DNA from: Candidatus Kerfeldbacteria bacterium
GTDB lineage: Bacteria; Patescibacteriota; Patescibacteriia; UBA9570; XYC2-FULL-38-9
Reading direction: 5' to 3'
Assembly (NCBI GenBank): GCA_016182555.1
Contig: JACPGJ010000008.1
Location: 92,272 to 156,271 of the forward strand
Length of the DNA: 64,000 bases
Positions 37,947 to 47,617 of this stretch are shown here, one piece after another (position 1 is the first letter of the stretch; the number at the start of each line of letters is the position of its first letter). Under the pieces are notes generated by a model. That model did no database searches, was not told the DNA's origin, and saw only the letters and a program-made list of their open reading frames with translations. The translations under genes were made by a program, and so were the position numbers.

Positions 37947-40613
37947 TCACACCTTTCTAGAATACCCTAATGTTTTCATCACGGCGTTCAATTTTGTTTG
38001 AAATTCTTGTTGGTCAATCATGGCTTGTTGAGAATTTTGATTCAGATCGTAAAATTCCCCCAATGCGCCCACATTGTCTGGCGTAACTGCTTTTAGTGAA
38101 TCATGAATATTCAAACGAAATTGTACCGTGCCGTCTGATAAACGTGTGTATTGCATACCATTCATTTCAGTAAATTGTCCAACTTGCAGTACTTTTGCCA
38201 AGGCGTCAATACGTGTAGGTGCGGCAATGGTGTGGTCACTTAAATTGTCCATCACTTGAGTTTTGGTATGCATGTCTACGAACGCGGCTTCTGCGCGATT
38301 AGTAATGCTTTCGGTTTGTACACTTGCTAAATGCACCGGCTGACCAGCCTCTCCAACATGCCCACCCGCAGGAGTTGCAGTATCGGCAGCAGCTGGCGCT
38401 GAGGAATGAACAGCTTCTGATGGCTGAACATTTCCTGAAGTAACGTATGAACCTGCAGGTTCGAGGCCTGCTTGAGAAGCACTATTCCCTAGGATGGTTC
38501 GTTCAGACATCCTGAAGGTTCTTCGCGCTCCGCTTTCAGTTTGTTCAGCCGCATCTGCTGCAGCAACACCCGGTTTTGCGGGATCATGAATTGCAAAATA
38601 TTTTTTCACCTGGTCTGCATTCTGTAAATCAATTTCTTTTCCGGTTTTCACATCAAAAACGCGCAATTTTCCACCATCATTCATTGCTGCCACTTCATCA
38701 GGATGTTTCACCCATACCTGCGGATGCTTACTATCAATCCAACCAGCCGCCGGCTCTTTCCCACCAAAATTAAATTTCGTCTCTTTTAACGTCTTCAATA
38801 TTGCCCCGTGCTGTTTTGTATCAGACCAACCCAAAGCATCCGACAATCCTTTTCCATCACCAACGATTTCCGCTCCTTTCGGTAGATGAACCTCGCGCGC
38901 AGCAGCATCAACAACATGCACTGGAGCAGGAGCTTCTTGTGGCACGGAAGCGCTTATTGCCGAACGATCTACATATAGTTGTTGAACACGTGGTGGTTCT
39001 ACATAACCGGGCTGATTGTAGGGTTGTGAATATACACGCGGTTCATAGTGAGGAGGTCGAATAGGTGGACGGTGCGGGTGTGTTTCTTCTACATGCACAT
39101 TAACCTCAACACGTGGTCTTTCTATATGCACGCGAGGAAGCCTGGGTCGGGGCGGAAGGTGTGAAGAATGATGCGGTGCTGAAACATGGTGCACTGCTGG
39201 CCGATGAATAGCCGCTGCTTCAGCGGGGTTGCTCGCAAATGGATTCAGTTTTCCAGCATTATCTACAGCGAAGCGTGCCATCCCAGGAGCATATTCTTTC
39301 ATTCCATGCCATACTTTGGCTACGCCTCCGAAACCCACAAACGCTGCCAGACCGGCACTAATGGCAGTATCTATTTTCGCTTTCTTCGCCGCTTCTGTAA
39401 ACAATGTATCATAACGTGAACGCGCCTCACTATCTTTATCTGCCATGGCATCAGTCAATATAATCACTCGTGCTTCGTTTTTTTCATCGAATGAAGCTAT
39501 TGGTGAATCATAAATTTCTTTCGCGTGCTGCAATCGATCGGCATGCCGTTGTAATTCGCGCATGACATCTGAATACAGCTTCAACTTATCGCCTTCCATT
39601 TTTCTGCCGGAAAGCAAGGTGCTAATTTGCAACTGATCGCGCGCATCTAATAATTTTTGCCGCTCCTCTTCTTGTGTGAAGGTAACAGTTGGTGTTATCA
39701 ATTCCTGTTTGCCTCGTGCAATAGAATCATTATTTAATTCTTGAACAAGGTTTGCGTGCAATATATCTTGTACTTGTGTTCGCACCGCTTTTTCTGTTTT
39801 TAAATCACGCCGACCACGTAATAAGTCATTTGTTCCAAAAAATGTGGCCGCGCCACTTAAACCACGCTTACCTATCATCACCGCGGCCGCTCCTCCCGCG
39901 AAACCAGTGGCACCAAGCACAAGACCACCGCCAAGCAAGGCTAAATTCACGACCATGCGCAAATTCACCACACGAGTCGCCATCTTCACCACACGGCTAT
40001 CCGATTTCCACCCATACTGTTTTTCCAAATACGAACCTAAATTGATATCGCCTAATTTTTCATGGAGTTTATACATTTTACCAAGCGCCGCAGATGCTGG
40101 GTTTTCGCCCCGCATCATCATCGCCGCGCGTTCATCAAGCAACCGAATATCTTCTGCAATTGTAGCTTCCACATCGCCAGCCATCATTTCTGCTTTCGCC
40201 TGTTCATACTGTTCCTTCAATGCCGCGTGTTCTTTTTTTGCTTCCGCTTTCTTCTTTGAATCACCCATCAAATCACCAAAAAAACTTTTCATAATGGAAG
40301 TTTCCGGTTTCTGAAATTGCGCTTCTTTTTCGACCACCTGCTTTCGCAACATTTCTAAACGCGATTGCAAAGACTGTTCTGCGGCAGAGGCTTGAGCATT
40401 AATTTCTCCTAATGCCTGTTTTTCTGGTGGGGTGGCGTGTGGGTCATCAATTAAACGTTCACCCTCAAACATAAGACGGCCTGCGTTTTCACTGGCTTTT
40501 TTTCGAGCAGTTGTATATACGCCCTCAACTGCTTCGCGCGTCAACTCCGCGGCAACCTCTGGTTTCCCCTCTCGCTGTTGTTCATTTTTTGCTTCTTGTT
40601 GTGCTCGTGCCAT
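37947..40613 (-). CDS. Large hypothetical membrane protein with a coiled-coil N-terminus, Gly-rich TM segments and a Pro/His-rich linker
   Basis: N-terminal Glu/Lys/Ala-rich heptad-like segment of about 200 aa. Two Gly-rich hydrophobic segments (LALLGGGLVLGATGFAGGAAAVMIG and ISAGLAAFVGFGGVA) are separated by a charged helical region. A PPRPRLPRVHIERPRVEV...RPPHYEPRVY linker precedes a C-terminal domain of about 380 aa with no recognised family. Confidence 0.55.
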   Translation of the reverse strand: MARAQQEAKNEQQREGKPEVAAELTREAVEGVYTTARKKASENAGRLMFEGERLIDDPHATPPEKQALGEINAQASAAEQSLQSRLEMLRKQVVEKEAQFQKPETSIMKSFFGDLMGDSKKKAEAKKEHAALKEQYEQAKAEMMAGDVEATIAEDIRLLDERAAMMMRGENPASAALGKMYKLHEKLGDINLGSYLEKQYGWKSDSRVVKMATRVVNLRMVVNLALLGGGLVLGATGFAGGAAAVMIGKRGLSGAATFFGTNDLLRGRRDLKTEKAVRTQVQDILHANLVQELNNDSIARGKQELITPTVTFTQEEERQKLLDARDQLQISTLLSGRKMEGDKLKLYSDVMRELQRHADRLQHAKEIYDSPIASFDEKNEARVIILTDAMADKDSEARSRYDTLFTEAAKKAKIDTAISAGLAAFVGFGGVAKVWHGMKEYAPGMARFAVDNAGKLNPFASNPAEAAAIHRPAVHHVSAPHHSSHLPPRPRLPRVHIERPRVEVNVHVEETHPHRPPIRPPHYEPRVYSQPYNQPGYVEPPRVQQLYVDRSAISASVPQEAPAPVHVVDAAAREVHLPKGAEIVGDGKGLSDALGWSDTKQHGAILKTLKETKFNFGGKEPAAGWIDSKHPQVWVKHPDEVAAMNDGGKLRVFDVKTGKEIDLQNADQVKKYFAIHDPAKPGVAAADAAEQTESGARRTFRMSERTILGNSASQAGLEPAGSYVTSGNVQPSEAVHSSAPAAADTATPAGGHVGEAGQPVHLASVQTESITNRAEAAFVDMHTKTQVMDNLSDHTIAAPTRIDALAKVLQVGQFTEMNGMQYTRLSDGTVQFRLNIHDSLKAVTPDNVGALGEFYDLNQNSQQAMIDQQEFQTKLNAVMKTLGYSRKV

Positions 40614-40630
40614 AAACGTGATAAATCAAT

Positions 40631-40843
40631 TTACACTTGGTTAAGCATCTGTTTCAATTGGTCTATTTTTTCCTGGTCAACACGCCCACGAATATGCCGC
40701 GCAATATCTTGTTGCTGTTTTTTCAACACCGAAAGATTCGTATGGAATTCGTTAAACGCCGCAATCATTTGATCCACCGTTTGTTTCAACACTTGTTGGT
40801 TTGGTTGCGGTGTTTGTGCTGGCTGTTGCCCTCCCGTTGGCAT
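40631..40843 (-). CDS. Small Gln-rich coiled-coil protein (hypothetical)
   Basis: 70-aa ORF tightly packed between the 101-aa ORF and the 888-aa gene. Confidence 0.35.
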   Translation of the reverse strand: MPTGGQQPAQTPQPNQQVLKQTVDQMIAAFNEFHTNLSVLKKQQQDIARHIRGRVDQEKIDQLKQMLNQV

Positions 40844-40861
40844 AGAAACAGTCTGTTTATG

Positions 40862-41167
40862 TTATTCTTGTACAGGAACGGACGCTTTCAGCTCTTCTTT
40901 CACCGCTGCCACTTCTTGCTGAACTAATGCTTCTAAATTTGGCACATACTGCAACAAGTGGTTCATCTGTTCTTCTGGAGATTGTTCTGCCACCGTTGGC
41001 AATTGGTCCTGCGCTTCCTGCGGCATGTTTTCCATAATACGAATCATCACCCGGCGATGAATCAACTCATTCATTTGTTGCAACATGGCAACTTTCCGTT
41101 CATCGCTAACGTTTGCCAGGCCTAATTCCACGAATATATTGTCCTCGATATATGCTGGTGAATTCAT
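40862..41167 (-). CDS. Small acidic helical protein (hypothetical)
   Basis: 101-aa ORF lying 18 bp upstream of the 70-aa ORF. Confidence 0.4.
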   Translation of the reverse strand: MNSPAYIEDNIFVELGLANVSDERKVAMLQQMNELIHRRVMIRIMENMPQEAQDQLPTVAEQSPEEQMNHLLQYVPNLEALVQQEVAAVKEELKASVPVQE

Positions 41168-41292
41168 AGATGCATCTTACAAATTAATTACGTAAACTGT
41201 AGCATTTTTTATTGAATTTTGCAAATTTTTTATCGATTCCCCTTTGCTCCCAATCAAAAAACTATCGACTGCGTTACAATCTGTAAAAAATT

Positions 41293-42312
41293 TTAATACT
41301 CCGCTAATATCGTTATCACTTTTTCTGATAGCGCTCTGAACTCTTCTTTTGATTTTTCAATATTTTCTTTTGTTCCATAGTGAATATCTTCTATCAACGC
41401 AGGGTCAAGGTCAAAAATAGCGACTCCAATTTCCTGGCACTTTGCAGGAATTCTTCCATAATCTTGAATAATAGAAAGCGGAGCGTTCCAACTTTTTTCT
41501 ACCAGTCCATTACGACCATGCTTTTCAGAAAGAAATTGTTTTACTTTTCGTGGAATAGCTTCCATCCAATGCCGGTGATCTTTGATCGGTTGTTTGCCAT
41601 ACACGTTATACGAATTCACCACATACCCAATAAATAACCCATCACCAGACAACACAAATTTACTTTCTGTATCACCAGAAAGCGCTTTACCAGTAACTTT
41701 CCAATTTTGTTTCCATTTTTCAAATATCGCACCAAGATTCTCAATACCCTGAACACTGAATGCATCAGGCATCATGGGAACCAGAAAATAATCTGCACCC
41801 AAAAAAATAATTTGGTTTAGTAGTGAAAGACTCGGTGAGGTATCAATAACAAAAATATCCACCTCTTCATTCAATCCTTTTTCTCGAAGAAAACGATCAA
41901 TAGCGCTTGTTTGAAAATATCCCAACCGTTGCCCAGAAGCAGCAAGCCCGTAGGCGGAAACAAGTAAATTTTCATACAAAGAAAGATTCACGCTGCCCTT
42001 CATGAGAAACAAATTCGCATGAATCTGCGAAACAGGAATAAATGGGACGGTCGCGTCAATGTCTGCCCCGCCTTCAATCACGCCACGGAGAACATCAAAG
42101 ATGTCTTTATCTGTGGCAGAGCTCATGCGTTCTACATAGTGCGAATCACCCAGGGCCAAGCGAGAAAGATTACACTGGGGGTCAAGGTCAACCAACACGG
42201 TTTTATACCCCTGTTGCGCAAACGAAACAGCACAATTAAAAGCTAGGGTTGTTTTTCCAACGCCCCCTTTATTATTAGCAAATAACAGCTTTTTTGAACG
42301 CGGAAACTTCAT
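41293..42312 (-). CDS. ParA/MinD-family (deviant Walker A) ATPase with a C-terminal extension of about 80 aa
   Basis: NNKGGVGKTT deviant Walker A, plus DLDPQ and DTSPS motifs. At 339 aa it is longer than canonical ParA/MinD. Confidence 0.75.
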   Translation of the reverse strand: MKFPRSKKLLFANNKGGVGKTTLAFNCAVSFAQQGYKTVLVDLDPQCNLSRLALGDSHYVERMSSATDKDIFDVLRGVIEGGADIDATVPFIPVSQIHANLFLMKGSVNLSLYENLLVSAYGLAASGQRLGYFQTSAIDRFLREKGLNEEVDIFVIDTSPSLSLLNQIIFLGADYFLVPMMPDAFSVQGIENLGAIFEKWKQNWKVTGKALSGDTESKFVLSGDGLFIGYVVNSYNVYGKQPIKDHRHWMEAIPRKVKQFLSEKHGRNGLVEKSWNAPLSIIQDYGRIPAKCQEIGVAIFDLDPALIEDIHYGTKENIEKSKEEFRALSEKVITILAEY

Positions 42313-42647
42313 ACCTGGAGTATATCAAAGCGTTTTATAAAAAGGAAGTTACTCTTTTGCCATGACCACGAACAGCGCTGTGATGCTAGTAGAAACCAAT
42401 GCTATTTTTTGGCCTTTCATTAGCCAAATTTTTCAACTCAATGTTGTCCACACCGTTCATTTTTGAGTGGACTTGACAGGGAAATTGGCCAGGAATACAC
42501 TTTCTTCGCCTATTTTGGGAGATTTTTTTCAATCCACACCCGTTTTTTTTGGGGGGATCTGTGTCACACTGTATCAACCACTTGATTTTTGCCCCTGCAC
42601 GAGGCAGGGCAGAGGCAGCGATCAACCACTCGATTCTGAAGCATAGA

Positions 42648-43265
42648 ATGCGAGTGGACGTGATGAGAACAAACTGGGACCTGATGGAAGATGAATCGTT
42701 TGCTGATGCCATGTTCGCGGGTGCAAAAACCCTCGTGCAGCTCCATGCGAATCAATCGGTGGAGATCATGGTGCAGCAGAGATTCATGGAGAGGGCATTG
42801 AAGTTTTTTCGGCGGTTGGAAGAGTTTGGAAGGAGCCTGGATACTATCCTGCATCCCTCCTTTCGAACGATCACAATCGCTGACCGGCCTCCCAGCCGGG
42901 TGATCGTGGCCTGCAGCGATGGCCGACAAGTTTTCAACGAGAGCAGGTTCTGCCTCGTTGAAGACCATGCTGGATCCGTTGACATGATAGTGTTGCCAGG
43001 AGGGCCTCTCTTCCTACATCACTATCCGCATGTGGGAGCTATGCTCCGTAAGCACTACGAAGAATTTAATGTTCCATGGAGCGGTGTATACCACTACGAA
43101 TGTGGAATGCGCCTGCTGTTGAACAAAGAGGGCTTCGCAGATGCGGAAGCGGAGAGGGCGCACTGCTGCGCCCACGAACAGTTCGAGGGGTACGAAAGAT
43201 TCCTGTGGCAACCCGGGTTGAATAAACCCGGCGTTCCATACGAGCCCCTGATTGTGTCTCCCTGA
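42648..43265 (+). CDS. Hypothetical protein with beta-carbonic-anhydrase-like zinc-ligand motifs, encoded in a GC-rich island
   Basis: CSDGR (CxDxR) followed about 60 aa later by HYECG (HxxCG), the spacing and order seen in beta-class carbonic anhydrases. The rest is divergent. I placed the start at ATG 42648; the track ORF starts at 42549. Confidence 0.35.
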   Translation: MRVDVMRTNWDLMEDESFADAMFAGAKTLVQLHANQSVEIMVQQRFMERALKFFRRLEEFGRSLDTILHPSFRTITIADRPPSRVIVACSDGRQVFNESRFCLVEDHAGSVDMIVLPGGPLFLHHYPHVGAMLRKHYEEFNVPWSGVYHYECGMRLLLNKEGFADAEAERAHCCAHEQFEGYERFLWQPGLNKPGVPYEPLIVSP

Positions 43266-43676
43266 CAGCAAAACGCCGCGGCAGGTTGCGCGGCAAAAAA
43301 AGGAAGAAAAATGAAACAAGAGGAAACGGCCGTCGAAGCCCTGGACAGGGTCTTCGGACGGCGATACTGGGTGGCAGTATTCGTACTGCCATTCATACCA
43401 CTCATCGGCTCCGTCATCGAAAATCTATTTCGATGACGCGAAGCAACGGGCGCATGCACTGCGGACTCTACATCCGCAGCAGACGACTCCGGTAGGCCTA
43501 AAAAACCCGCCACGAGTACCGCACGCGCCTCGCTTTCCAGTAAGCGCCTCTCCCCAACCCCATGCATTCAAAAACGCATGACCGGGGAACAAGAGACACT
43601 CAGTGGGAAACGCTATGAGCGTTAAACAATAATAATCAATTTTGCCTATAACTTACTTTCTTGATATAGTAAAAAA

Positions 43677-44087
43677 ATGAAAGATATACAGAAACATATC
43701 AATTACTGGTTAGATTCCGCGGAGCGCAATTCGAAAACAGCAAAAACGCTTTTAAATACAAAACATTACGATGCCTGTTTATTTTTCTGCCACCTCACAT
43801 TAGAAAAATTATTAAAGGGAGCAGTGGTAGCAAAAACAAAAAAAGCATCGCCATATATTCATAATTTAATGACACTTGCTGAACGAGCAAAAATTGAATT
43901 ATCAGACGAACAACTGATGGATTTAAAAATCATTTCTACGTTCAATATAGCCGGAAGATACGACGATGCAAAATTATCATTTTATAAAATGTGTACTCCT
44001 GTTTACACCAAAAAATATTTTGAAAAAACAAAATCTTTATATCTATGCATAAAAAAAGAACATATAAAAAAATTCCGCAAACAATAA
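43677..44087 (+). CDS. HEPN-domain protein (putative toxin of a HEPN/MNT pair)
   Basis: All-helical protein of about 135 aa immediately upstream of, and overlapping, a minimal nucleotidyltransferase gene. The HEPN assignment rests on size, helical composition and context. Confidence 0.55.
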   Translation: MKDIQKHINYWLDSAERNSKTAKTLLNTKHYDACLFFCHLTLEKLLKGAVVAKTKKASPYIHNLMTLAERAKIELSDEQLMDLKIISTFNIAGRYDDAKLSFYKMCTPVYTKKYFEKTKSLYLCIKKEHIKKFRKQ

Positions 44088-44383
44088 AAAAAGAAATAAA
44101 TCAGTATATTGCTGAATTACGAAAGGATCTTATTGATATTGAAGATATATATCTTTTTGGTTCGTATGCAAAAGGAACACAAAATCGGTCAAGCGATATT
44201 GATATTTGCATCGTTTCACCTTCATTTTCTCACCCAATGAAAGCCATGCAGTACTTATGGGGAAAAACACCACACCACAGCAAAGTGGCTATTGAACCTG
44301 TTGGATTTCATCCAAAAGACTTTAAAGACTCCTATTCATCGCTCATACAAGAAATCAAAAAAAACGGTATACGAATTGAGTGA
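44045..44383 (+). CDS. Minimal nucleotidyltransferase (MNT, putative antitoxin)
   Basis: LFGSYAKGTQNRSSDIDICIV matches the GS...D.D nucleotidyltransferase motif. The ORF overlaps the HEPN gene by 43 nt. Confidence 0.75.
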   Translation: MHKKRTYKKIPQTIKKEINQYIAELRKDLIDIEDIYLFGSYAKGTQNRSSDIDICIVSPSFSHPMKAMQYLWGKTPHHSKVAIEPVGFHPKDFKDSYSSLIQEIKKNGIRIE

Positions 44384-44408
44384 AGACCGTTATTTTCTAT
44401 TTCTTTTT

Positions 44409-44438
44409 TTGACAACAAAAATTGAGCGGATGTATAAT
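44409..44438 (+). promoter_or_regulatory. Consensus sigma70-type promoter (TTGACA-18-TGtTATAAT)
   Basis: TTGACA at 44409-14, an 18-nt spacer and an extended -10 TGTTATAAT ending at 44438. Confidence 0.4.
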
Positions 44439-44445
44439 ACTATCC

Positions 44446-44488
44446 CACCCTGCTGTTGATAACAGCGGTTTATTTTTAAACATATCGT
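44446..44488 (+). terminator. Hairpin plus T-tract, acting as a terminator or attenuator
   Basis: ctgctgtt-gat-aacagcgg stem followed by tttattttt. It lies between the promoter-like site and the ORF at 44489, and about 60 nt after the MNT stop. Confidence 0.35.
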
Positions 44489-44770
44489 ATGCGGCGTCGA
44501 AACCGTGCGAAACAACAACCAGAGGTCACAAACCATGACCTCCTTCAAGCAATCAATGAGATTGCAGAAACAACCCGATTCATCTTGGAACATGGAGCGA
44601 CAAAAGATGATGTGTGGGGAGTTTTGAATCGCGTCATTACATTAGAAGAAAAGACAGAAACAATGGCGACAAAAGATGATATAAGAAAAGTACAAAACAC
44701 TTTAGATGCATTTGTTCTACAAAACAAAAACGCTCATGAAGAACATACTGCACTTGTCGCCAGTTTTTAG
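44489..44770 (+). CDS. Hypothetical small protein
   Basis: 93-aa ORF, charged and helical. No family recognised. Confidence 0.3.
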   Translation: MRRRNRAKQQPEVTNHDLLQAINEIAETTRFILEHGATKDDVWGVLNRVITLEEKTETMATKDDIRKVQNTLDAFVLQNKNAHEEHTALVASF

Positions 44771-45498
44771 TGATGCTGTTCGGTGAGAGCGAGTTTGACG
44801 AAGATGAGCACCAATAGCGAAAAGACAACTGGCTGAATGATGGAAACCGCAAAACCCAAAATATGGAATGGAACGGGCGCAAAAACTGGAGCGAGCAACG
44901 TGATAACCACTGCTAACACCTCTTCGGCGAACATGTTGCCGAAGAGACGAGCCGAGAGGGATAACACACGAGCCAATTCCCCAATGAGTTCTAAAATACC
45001 AACAAAAAAGTTAATGGGCGAAGAGAAATTAAAAAATTGATGCAAATATCCGCCCAAACCCTTAAATGTAAAAGAAGAAATTTGTACGACCAAAAAGCTC
45101 AACCCGGTGACGGCCAATATCAAATTATAGTCTGATGTTGGCAAACGGAAAATAGGAATAGCGTGGCCATGGACACTGAGCGTAATGACCGGCAACACCG
45201 GAATAAAGGCAAACATATTACAGGTGAGAAAGAACAAAAACACCGTCATCACATAAGGAAAATACCGCTTCGTGATTTTTTCATTTTGCGTGACACTCTG
45301 CACAAAACTATATGCGCCACCAATAACCGCTTCCATCATAACTTGACCACCTTTAGGCACTTCACGTAAAGAGCGGCGGGTAACTAACGCAATAATAATC
45401 AACATTGTGCTGCCCGCCAGAGACAACCATAATGTGTTTGTAATCGGCAACGCGCCAATGTGCCCTAATATTTCTGGTGCTATAGATATTTCCGCCAT
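44767..45498 (-). CDS. atpB: F0F1 ATP synthase subunit a
   Basis: LSLSARLFGNMFAEE contains the conserved Arg of subunit a. Five TM helices. Confidence 0.88.
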   Translation of the reverse strand: MAEISIAPEILGHIGALPITNTLWLSLAGSTMLIIIALVTRRSLREVPKGGQVMMEAVIGGAYSFVQSVTQNEKITKRYFPYVMTVFLFFLTCNMFAFIPVLPVITLSVHGHAIPIFRLPTSDYNLILAVTGLSFLVVQISSFTFKGLGGYLHQFFNFSSPINFFVGILELIGELARVLSLSARLFGNMFAEEVLAVVITLLAPVFAPVPFHILGFAVSIIQPVVFSLLVLIFVKLALTEQHH

Positions 45499-45499
45499 A

Positions 45500-45739
45500 T
45501 TATTTTTTGTCTATTTTTTTTACAATCTTTTCCGCGTTTGCCAGAAATAAACCCATTGTGGTGAAAAAGGCAACGCCCAGTAAAATGAATACCAGTGCTT
45601 TATTTTCGAATACACGAGTTAACCATAACCCCAAGACCCCAAAAATAAACAATGGAGCAAAGATATAACCCATAATAGCGCGCACCAAATCCCATTGTGA
45701 AAATTTCTGTGGTAGAGTCATAATTATTTTTTGCGCCAT
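45500..45739 (-). CDS. Small two-TM membrane protein (AtpI/AtpZ-like accessory candidate)
   Basis: 79-aa hydrophobic ORF wedged between atpC and atpB. Confidence 0.35.
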   Translation of the reverse strand: MAQKIIMTLPQKFSQWDLVRAIMGYIFAPLFIFGVLGLWLTRVFENKALVFILLGVAFFTTMGLFLANAEKIVKKIDKK

Positions 45740-46164
45740 TTTTTACTTAGAGCAATACGAGCTTCGTGCCAAGCAAGTTGTTGCTGCAATGCGGCATACC
45801 CAGCCATATCCACCGTTTCTTTGGCTTCCAATTGTTTGGCGAGGGCAGCGGCTTCTGCTTCTGCGGCTTCCAGATCAATCTTCTCTGCATGTTCTGCCGA
45901 ATCTGCTAACACCAGCACCGTATTATCAAACACTTCCAATACGCCACCGGCAACAGCAACGGGAAATGTTTTACCCGCTTCGTCGGTCACCACTAATTCT
46001 CCTGGCGCAACAATACTCACTAAATAGGTATGGTGCGGCAACACGGTAATTTGGCCAACATCTGTCGGTACTACCACCTGTTTCACGGCATGGTCAAACA
46101 AGGTCTCCACTGGAGTGACTAGTCGTAATTGCATGGGTTGTTGTGTTGCTGTTGTTGTTGCCAT
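45724..46164 (-). CDS. atpC: F0F1 ATP synthase epsilon subunit
   Basis: N-terminal beta-sandwich region (LRLVTPVETLFDHAVKQVVVPTDVGQITVLPHH) and a C-terminal helical hairpin. Confidence 0.85.
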   Translation of the reverse strand: MATTTATQQPMQLRLVTPVETLFDHAVKQVVVPTDVGQITVLPHHTYLVSIVAPGELVVTDEAGKTFPVAVAGGVLEVFDNTVLVLADSAEHAEKIDLEAAEAEAAALAKQLEAKETVDMAGYAALQQQLAWHEARIALSKKWRKK

Positions 46165-46210
46165 GGAATGTAATTTTTTAAGTATGGTTCGACAAGCTCA
46201 CCATGACAAA

Positions 46211-47617
<1,407 letters not shown>

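Noticed and set aside
42386-42712. 108-aa minus-strand ORF upstream of the ParA-like gene
   Set aside because: It spans the composition boundary, has no RBS-like context, and its product looks random.
42564-43567. Several minus-strand ORFs (134, 101, 108 and 157 aa) inside the GC-rich island
   Set aside because: They overlap each other and the longer plus-strand ORF, in different frames. GC-rich DNA generates long spurious ORFs, and their translations are Arg/Ser/Ala-rich and low-complexity.
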